From: Dictyostelium discoideum
Taxonomy: Eukaryota
Assembly (NCBI GenBank): GCA_000004695.1
Contig: CM000151.3
Span: forward strand, 6,336,001 to 6,400,000
Direction: 5' to 3'
Length of the DNA stretch: 64,000 nt
Shown here: in pieces, positions 56,232-64,000 of the stretch
Position numbering within the stretch: the stretch's first letter is position 1
How the letters are laid out: every line of letters begins with the position of its first letter
Position numbers and translations under genes: made by a program
Notes under the pieces: model-generated
What the model saw: only the letters and a program-made list of their open reading frames with translations
What the model was told of the DNA's origin: nothing
Databases searched by the model: none

Positions 56232-57080
56232 TTATAATTTTGAAATTGGATGACCATGTCTACCTAAACCATTATTAAATGAAATTGAACCATTTAAACC
56301 TTGATTTAAGAATGATTTTAAACCAAGTTGATATTCATTAAATAAAGCATCATTTAAATTTAAACTCCATTGATCTAATGATGATTTTCTATCAGATTTT
56401 AAAGTTTGTTGAGGATTTGAAATGATTTGTTTTGCTAATGTAATTGAGTGAGCCATTAGTTGATCTTTTGATTCAACGATTCTATTTACAAGCCCAATTT
56501 GAAATGCTTCATTACTGTCCACAGCTCTACCTGTTAATATTAAATCCATTGCTCTTGATTGACCAATTAATCTTGGTAATCTAATTGTACCACCATCAAT
56601 AAGTGGTACACCCCATCTTCTACAAAATACTCCAAATGTAGATGACTTGGTTGCAACTCTTAAATCACACCATAATGCTAGTTCAAGACCACCAGCAACA
56701 CAATACCCATCTATACTACAAATTACAGGTTTGCTTAATTGTAATCTTGTGCATCCCAATGGTGCATAATCAGTTTCTTTTGGAGATAAAATTTTATTAC
56801 CTGATTCAATACCTTTTGGTATCTCTTTTAAATCTGCACCAGAACAAAAATTATCACCATTTCCACATAGTATACTTATTAATAAATTATCATCTTTATC
56901 AAATTCTTTAAAAATATTATATAAATCATCTGCTGTCTCTTTATTAATTGAATTCCTACTTGAATTTCTATTAATTTTTATTATTAATATATTTTTATCA
57001 ATAATTTCTATTAAAATATTATTATCATTTTTATTTATTGGTATCATTTTTTTTTTTTTAAATTTTTTTTTCATAGTCAA
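56232..57080 (-). CDS. Enoyl-CoA hydratase/isomerase (crotonase fold) with a C-terminal -SKL peroxisomal targeting signal
   Basis: Crotonase motifs are present: NFCSGADLKEI, CSIDGYCVAGGLELALWCDLRVAT and GVPLIDGGTIRLPRLIG. The C-terminus ..HGHPISKL* is a PTS1. The true start may be the second Met (MIPINKND, about 57047), since the first 11 codons are poly-K read from an A-tract. Confidence 0.7.
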   Translation of the reverse strand: MTMKKKFKKKKMIPINKNDNNILIEIIDKNILIIKINRNSSRNSINKETADDLYNIFKEFDKDDNLLISILCGNGDNFCSGADLKEIPKGIESGNKILSPKETDYAPLGCTRLQLSKPVICSIDGYCVAGGLELALWCDLRVATKSSTFGVFCRRWGVPLIDGGTIRLPRLIGQSRAMDLILTGRAVDSNEAFQIGLVNRIVESKDQLMAHSITLAKQIISNPQQTLKSDRKSSLDQWSLNLNDALFNEYQLGLKSFLNQGLNGSISFNNGLGRHGHPISKL

Positions 57081-57085
57081 AAAAA

Positions 57086-57125
<40 letters not shown>

Positions 57126-57247
57126 TTAATTAAATTATTGATATATATTTTGTAAAGAAATTAAAAATCAAAAATAAAGAAAACAAAAAATAAATAAAGA
57201 ATACAAAAAAAAAAAAAAAATTATTTGTGGAAATTTAATTTTACCTC

Positions 57248-57281
<34 letters not shown>

Positions 57282-57402
57282 AATAAATTTCTTTTTAAAT
57301 TTCTTTTTTAAAAATAAAATCAAAAAAAAACAAAGAATACAAAAAAAAACGAATTATTTGTGGTAATTAAATTTTACAACCTTTTTATTAATTATAAATT
57401 CA

Positions 57403-57451
<49 letters not shown>

Positions 57452-57549
57452 AAAAAAGAAAAAAATTTAATTATTTAATTAAATTATTGGCATATATATT
57501 GAAGTTTTTTTTTTTTTTTTTTTATTAATTTTATTTATAATTATAATAA

Positions 57550-58969
57550 TTAACAATAACCTAAATCATTAACATTATTATTATTAGTATTGTTATTATT
57601 AATATTATTATTATTATTATCATTTATTGAAATTGAAATTAAAGATTTATTTTCATGTTCGAGATCAAGTTGTTTTAATTTACTATCCCAATCATCTTGA
57701 GTTAAATCAATTTTAATTATAGGTGGTGAAGAAACTATTGGAGTGATTGAATCAGCTGAATGATAAACATCAATATTACTATTTGAATCACCAAATGTTT
57801 TTGCATAATAAGTTGGTGAAGAATTAAGAGATGATGATAATGAATTTAAATGATTATTATTATAATTATTATTATTATTATTAATTAAAGGTGAATTTAT
57901 TGGTGAAACATTACTTGATGATCTATTATAGGTTAAGCCAATTTCTTTAAGTTTTTCAATTATTATTGAGAAATCTTTTGGTCTATTTAATGGATTTCTA
58001 TCCCAACATTGTGTTATTAATTCTTTAAATTTTAAAGGTACATTAAATGGTATTTGTGGACGATAATTTTGTTTTGGATCAGAAACCATTGATGCCATCT
58101 CTTTTGGTGAATAAATTGTATTTGGTGGTGCATATGAAAACATTTGCCAAACTAATAAACCAAATGAATAGATATCGGATTTTTCATTAATTGGAGAACC
58201 ATTTAAATTCTCTGGTGCCATATAATGTATTGAACCACCTCTTAATTTCTTTGATTCACTTTGATTTGATGATAAACCAAAATCACAAACTTTTGCTGTG
58301 AATTCATTTGAACCGTATAATTGATTTGGTAATATCTCTCTCTTGAAATCTAATAATACATTATTTGAAGTTAAATCACGATGAATTATATGTTGTTTAT
58401 GTAGATATAGTATACCTTTAGCTATATCAGTTAAAAGTTTAACACGTAAATGTGGATTGTTTTCCAAAACTTTATGATTATTCATAAGGAATTGAGTTAG
58501 GTTACCACCAGACATCCATTCTGAAACTATACAATGATTGGTTTCCTTCTCACCATATTTTATACATGCAGCCATGAATTGAACTATATTTGGATGTCTT
58601 AAATTCGATAGAATCAATACTTCATGATAGAATGTATCACAAACTGTAATGGCTTCACAATGAGCTTTCTTTACAAATTTAATTGCAACTTCAGTCTCAT
58701 TCAATAAACCTTTTTTTACATCTCCAAAATTACCTGCTCCGCCTTCTGAATCATCTTTATCAAATTCTAACTCTTCAAATTCAATCTCCCATTTTGGTTT
58801 TTCATATTGTGGTGCAAATTTAGCTGGAAATCTTGATGATAAATAATTATCTTTTTCATTTTCAATTTCTTCAAAATCGTCATCATCTTTAAATTTTGGT
58901 TCAACACCATAATTTTTACTTTTATTTGGTCCAATTATATGTACCTTTTTTTTTTTTTTTTTTTAAAAA

Positions 58970-59014
<45 letters not shown>

Positions 59015-59411
59015 TATTAATAAATTATTTATTATTATTAATATTTATTAAAATTAAATAATTACAATTAATTTATGACTTAATAATTCTTCCATATAAG
59101 ATCTTTTTTTTGGATCAATAACTAAACAATGATTTAAAAAATCTTTTAAAGTATCAGATAAATGATCTGGTATAATTGGTATACCATTTAATTTTTGAGA
59201 TAAATCACCACCAGCCATTTCAATTATTGTACAACCTAAACTCCAAACATCTGATTTTCTAGTTGCTCTATAATTTCTCTTAACTTCTGGTGCCATATAA
59301 TTGAATGTACCAATGATTGCAAATGAACTTTGTTTATATTGTTCATTTAAATAAGTTGAAATTCCACTACCACTACCATTTAAATCATTATTATTATTAA
59401 TATTATTAATA

Positions 59412-59488
<77 letters not shown>

Positions 59489-60094
59489 TGGATTATTATT
59501 ATTATTTGTAGTCTCATTTAAATATTGTTCAAATTGTTTTTTATTTTGAATTGTTGATGCACCAAAATCAATTAATTTTAAATTCTTATTCTTATCTAAT
59601 ACTAAATTTGCAGTTTTAATATCCCTATGAATTACATGATGTTTATGAAGGAATGATAATGTCTCAACTAAATCAGCAATCATTGATATTATTCTACTCT
59701 CTTTAAATCTACCTTGTTTTTTGGTTTTTAATATATTTGCTAAATTTTCACCTTCAATATATTCCATATAAATATAAATAAAATTATCATCTTCTGCATG
59801 TGAATAATATCTTGGTATATTAAATAATCTAATTTTTTCTAAAATATCGGTTTCATTTCTTTTCTATACAAATTTAAAATTATTTAATATTTAATAATTT
59901 AATAATTTATTTTTATTTTTATTTTTTAAATGGCAACATACAAATTTATCTTTACTAATTATTTTAATTGCAACGTAATCAACTTGTTCATTTAATATAA
60001 ATCCATTTTTTTTTCTACATTTTATAACTCTACCATATTGACCTTCACCAATAAAAGAAATTTCTTCCCAATCATCTTTATTATGATAATGCAT
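57550..60094 (-). CDS. Dual protein-kinase-domain protein (N-terminal STE-like kinase plus C-terminal TKL-like kinase); 3 exons (60094..59942, 59863..59066, 58944..57550), 781 aa
   Basis: Exon 1 encodes GEGQYGRVIKC..VAIKII and ends at a GTATGT donor. Exon 2 encodes ..HRDIKTANLVLD..DFGAS-[poly-N insert]-YMAPE..DVWSLGC and ends ..SHKLI at a GTAATT donor. A 110-bp AT-rich intron ends ..aaaag. Exon 3 encodes the second kinase, VAIKFVKK..HRDLTSNNVLLD..DFGLS..YMAPE..SDIYSFG, plus an N/S-rich tail. All junctions are phase 0. The summed length is 2346 nt, divisible by 3. Confidence 0.6.
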
Positions 60095-60211
60095 TTTTTA
60101 TTATTTTTATAATATATAAAATATTTATATATATTTTTTGTAATATTACAAATTATTATTTTTTTTTTTTTTTTTGCTCTTTTGTTTTGTTTATTTTAAT
60201 TTTTAATTTTT

Positions 60212-60247
<36 letters not shown>

Positions 60248-60681
60248 ATAAACTTCTTCTGAGTGGTTTGTAAAAAGACGGTTTATTGGTCTATTTTTAG
60301 CTACTATATAAAACAAATAAATATTATTCAACAAATAATATAATATATTATTTGAATAAAATATTAAAAAATATTAAAAAACATAAAAAAAAAAAAACAT
60401 AAAAAAAAAAAAAAAATAAGACGAACGTTAACAACTGATCTTTTTTTTTTTTTCATAATTTTTTTTTTATTTTTTATTTTTTTTTTGTGTTTTAGAAAAT
60501 ATCTTTTTTTTTTTTTTTTTACCCATCCCTTTCTCAGAAAATAACTTTTTTAAACCTTTTTGTTTTTAAATCAATGCTATCCCAAAAAAAAAAAAAAAAA
60601 AAATAATATATTATTTTCTCTTTTTTTTTTTTAAATTTAATAATATATTTAATAATTTAAAAATTTTAATTAATATAAATA

Positions 60682-60736
<55 letters not shown>

Positions 60737-60809
60737 AAAAATCAAACAAAATATTTATTTATTTTTATTTTAATTTTTTTTTTTTTTTATTATTATTTTT
60801 AATTTATAT

Positions 60810-63084
60810 TTACAAAAATCCTGAATTATAAAATCCACTACCATAGGTTGATGAGTCATCTGATGTAGAATAACTAGAATTACCAGAGTTGGAAATTGAA
60901 ATTGTAGAAATTGTTGTAGTGATAGCTGTTGAAGAAATTGTTGATGCATTTGAATTATCTTGGAAATAAATTTGATTTATATCTTTTAATTTATCAATTA
61001 TTTCAGAGAAATCTTTTGGTCTATTTAATGGATTTCTATCCCAACATTGTGTTATTAATTCTTTAAATTTTAAAGGTACATTAAATGGTATTTGTGGACG
61101 ATAATTTAATTTTTCATCAGAAACCATTGATGCCATCTCTTTTGGTGAATAAATTGTATTTGGAGAGGCATATGAAAACATTTGCCAAACTAATAAACCA
61201 AATGAATAGATATCAGATTTTTCATTAATTGGAGAACCATTTAAATTCTCTGGTGCCATATAATGTATTGAACCACCTCTTAATTTCTTTGATTCACTTT
61301 GATTTGATGATAAACCAAAATCACAAACTTTTGCTATAATTTCATCAGAATCATAAAATTGTTCATCATTATTACTACTATTATTATTTAATAATTTCTT
61401 TTTTCTAAAATTTAATAATACATTATTTGAAGTTAAATCACGATGAATTATACCTTGTCTATGAGAATAAAGCATACCTTTTGCAATATCTAATAAAATT
61501 TTAACACGTAAATGTGGATTAATTTCTAGAATTTTACGTTCATTTGAAATGAATTGTGAAAGGTTACCACCAGACATCCATTCTGAAACTATACAATGAT
61601 TCACTTCTTTATTGTCAAATTTAATACATGCAGCAATGAATTGAACTATATTTGGATGTCTTAAATTCGATATTATCAATACTTCATGATAAAATGTATC
61701 ACAAACTGTAACATTTTCACCATGAGCTTTCTTTATTAATTTAATTGCAACTTCAGTCTCATTATAATATCCTTTCTTTACAACACTAAAAAATCCATCA
61801 CCACCAACTGTATCATCTTTATTAAATTTTAATTCATTAAATTCAATTTCCCATTTTGGTTTTTCAAATCTTGGTGCAAATCTTTCTGGAAATTTTGAAG
61901 ATAAATAATCATTATTAAATTTTGGTTCAATATTATTTTCTCTATTTTTATTTTGTCCAACCATTGATGACTTTTTTTTAATAAATAAATAAATTAATAA
62001 ATTATTATTATTATTATTATATTTTTTTTTATTAATAAATAATAATAAAACCTACAATTAATCTATGAGTTAATAATTCTTCCATATGTGATCTTTTATT
62101 TGGATCAATTATTAGACAACGTTTTATAAAATCAACCATAATCTCTGAAACATGATTTGGTATAATTGGAATACCATCAAATATTTTCTTTGGATTACCA
62201 CCAACAATTTCAAGAACTGTACATCCTAAACTCCAAACATCTGATTTTTTAGTTGATCTATGTAATTTTTTAACTTCTGGTGCCATATAAGTATGAGTAC
62301 CAGTGATTGCAAATGAACTCTCTTTACAAATATTATCACCATCATCTTGTTGTTGGTCAATAATTGATGAACCAAAATCAATTAATTTTAATACTCCATT
62401 CTTATCCAATATAATATTTGATGGTTTAATATCTCTATGAAGAATTTGATGTTTATGAAGGAATGAAAGTGTTTCAGTTAGGTCTGCAATCATTGAAATA
62501 ATTTCAGACTCTTTAAATCTTAATTGTTTTTTATCTTTAAAATATTACATTGTTTTTTTTTCATTTTTAATAAATTTGCTAAATTTTCACCTTCAATATA
62601 TTCCATATAAATATAAATATAATTATCATCTTCTGCATGTGAATAATATCTTGGTATATTAAATAATCTAATTTTTTCTAAAATATCGGTTTCATTTCTT
62701 TTCTATACAAATTTAAAATTATTTAATATTTAATAATAAAATTTAAAAATAAAATTTAAAAAAATAAATTATAAAATTAAAATATTAAAATATAAAATAT
62801 AAAATATAAATATAAAATATTAGTTTAAATTTATTTTTTGAAAAAAATAAAATAAAAATAAATAACTTTTATAATGATTTTTGATAACTTACAAAAAACT
62901 TTTTATTTATTATTTTAACAGCTACAATATCAACTTTTTCATTTTCTATCAAACCATTCTTCTTTCTACATTTAAGTACTCTACTTTTTGAATTACAAGA
63001 TCCAATAGATGAAATTTCTTCCCATTCTTCTTTTTTGTGAGAATTCATTTTTTTTTTTTTTTTTTTTTTTTTTCCCCTCAACAA
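60810..63084 (-). CDS. Dual protein-kinase-domain paralog (exons about 63048..62893, 62702..62056, 61970..60810). The first kinase domain carries a frameshifting 29-bp imperfect tandem duplication.
   Basis: Exon/intron positions match the paralog at 57550..60094 (donors gtaagt and gtaggt; acceptors ..tatag and ..aaaag). The second (TKL) kinase domain is intact (384-aa ORF). In exon 2, 29 extra bp at about 62520..62556 introduce an in-frame TAA relative to the splice frame. The sequence tctttaaatcttaattgtttttt is followed by the near-repeat atctttaaaatattacattgttttttttt. The gene may be a pseudogene, may use an internal start at MIADLTETL.., or the duplication may be a sequence error. Confidence 0.45.
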
Positions 63085-63181
63085 AAAAAAATAATTATTA
63101 GTTTTATATACAAATAAAAATAAAATTGAATTTCACGAAAGTGAAGTTAATCTATTTTTGTGATGGCAAAGGTGAAATAAA

Positions 63182-63215
<34 letters not shown>

Positions 63216-64000
63216 AAAATAAAATAAAAATAAAAATTAAAGTATGGAACCTTTGTCCTAAAAAAAAAAATAAAATAAAAAATAAAATAAAAAATAAAAT
63301 AAAAAAAAAAAATTTCATCATGATTACAACACGACAAATTCAATGAAAGTAAGTTTTTTTTTTTTTATTTTTCTTGATGTCATTCCAAACTTCTTCAAAA
63401 AGATCATTAAATAAAAGGTTCCTCAGAGTGAAAAAATTATAATAAATTTTAATTATTATTTAGCTTTATTATTTATCTTTTTGAGTATGTTAATATTAAT
63501 CTAAAAAATATAATATAATTTTTTTTTTTTTTATTTTTTTTTTTTTTTCAATTTTTTTTTTTCTTGAAATGTATTATAATTATTTAATAATGAACTTAAC
63601 AGATTTGTGAGTTGTGTGTGTTGAATGTGTGGTAGGTTTGTGATTTTTTGTTTTTAATTTTTTTCTTTTTTTCTTTTATTAAACCATCCAAATCCCGTCA
63701 CATAAAAAAAAAAAAAAATTTTATTTTTTCTCTTTTTTTTACAAACCAAAATATCTTTTTTTATTTTTTGAAATTAAAATTTTAAATATAGGTGCCATTT
63801 GAGAAGCCAAATTGACGTTTCAGAAAAAAATTGGAATTTTATTCTCTTTAAAAAAAAAAAAAAAGAATTTCAAAAACACTATTAATAACTTTTTTTTTTT
63901 CATCTTTATCATTCTATTAATTAAGTTTAAACCACACTCACACACACTCACACACCCACTTCCATCTTTGTTAAAAAAAAAAAAAATTAAATAAAATTAA

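Noticed and set aside
63152-63994. Short ORFs at the window end (63152..63343 and 63812..63994)
   Set aside because: They are low-complexity phenylalanine/lysine homopolymer readings in promoter-like AT-rich DNA.

Overview
This window is AT-rich Dictyostelium-type nuclear DNA (very likely Dictyostelium discoideum). It has long poly(A)/(T) tracts, (AAT)n/(CAA)n coding microsatellites giving poly-N/poly-Q proteins, and short AT-rich GT..AG introns. There are about 18 protein-coding genes plus three tRNA genes. Each tRNA gene is flanked by tRNA-gene-targeted non-LTR retrotransposons of the TRE5 and TRE3 type.

Genes I can support:
- a SAP-domain poly-N protein
- a GH15 glucoamylase-like hydrolase with 5 exons
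- two tandem paralogous CLU-domain + Cys-containing LRR proteins, one intronless and one with 2 introns
- a zf-HIT BCD1/ZNHIT6-like gene and a NAF1 (Gar1-domain) gene a few kb apart
- an MGLL-like alpha/beta hydrolase
- a cluster of secreted, GPI-anchored or surface proteins: a TIG-like repeat mucin, a GH5-like hydrolase, a Cys-rich protein and a Pmp/beta-helix membrane protein
- a Vps33/Sec1-family protein
- an RPA34-like Pol I subunit
- a peroxisomal (-SKL) enoyl-CoA hydratase
- two tandem paralogous dual-kinase-domain genes (STE-like + TKL). The second copy carries a 29-bp imperfect duplication that shifts the frame of its first kinase domain.

Mobile DNA takes up about 14 kb:
- A full-length TRE5-A lies on the minus strand. 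It has a 6.35 x 198-bp A-module array, ORF1 and ORF2, and its 5' end sits exactly 48 bp upstream of tRNA-Arg(ACG).
- A 5'-truncated TRE5-A with an internal 185-bp deletion lies 45 bp upstream of tRNA-Ser(AGA).
- TRE3-like fragments and a reiterated array of mini-insertions lie downstream of tRNA-Ser.
- A TRE3-like fragment downstream of tRNA-Gln(UUG) has 77-bp inverted repeats flanking an inverted ORF2 3' segment.
- A composite, internally deleted TRE5-like insertion upstream of tRNA-Gln is bounded by a 14-bp target-site duplication (TSD).

I see no prokaryotic-style defence system. The novelty here is in transposon architecture and in the gene-family duplications.
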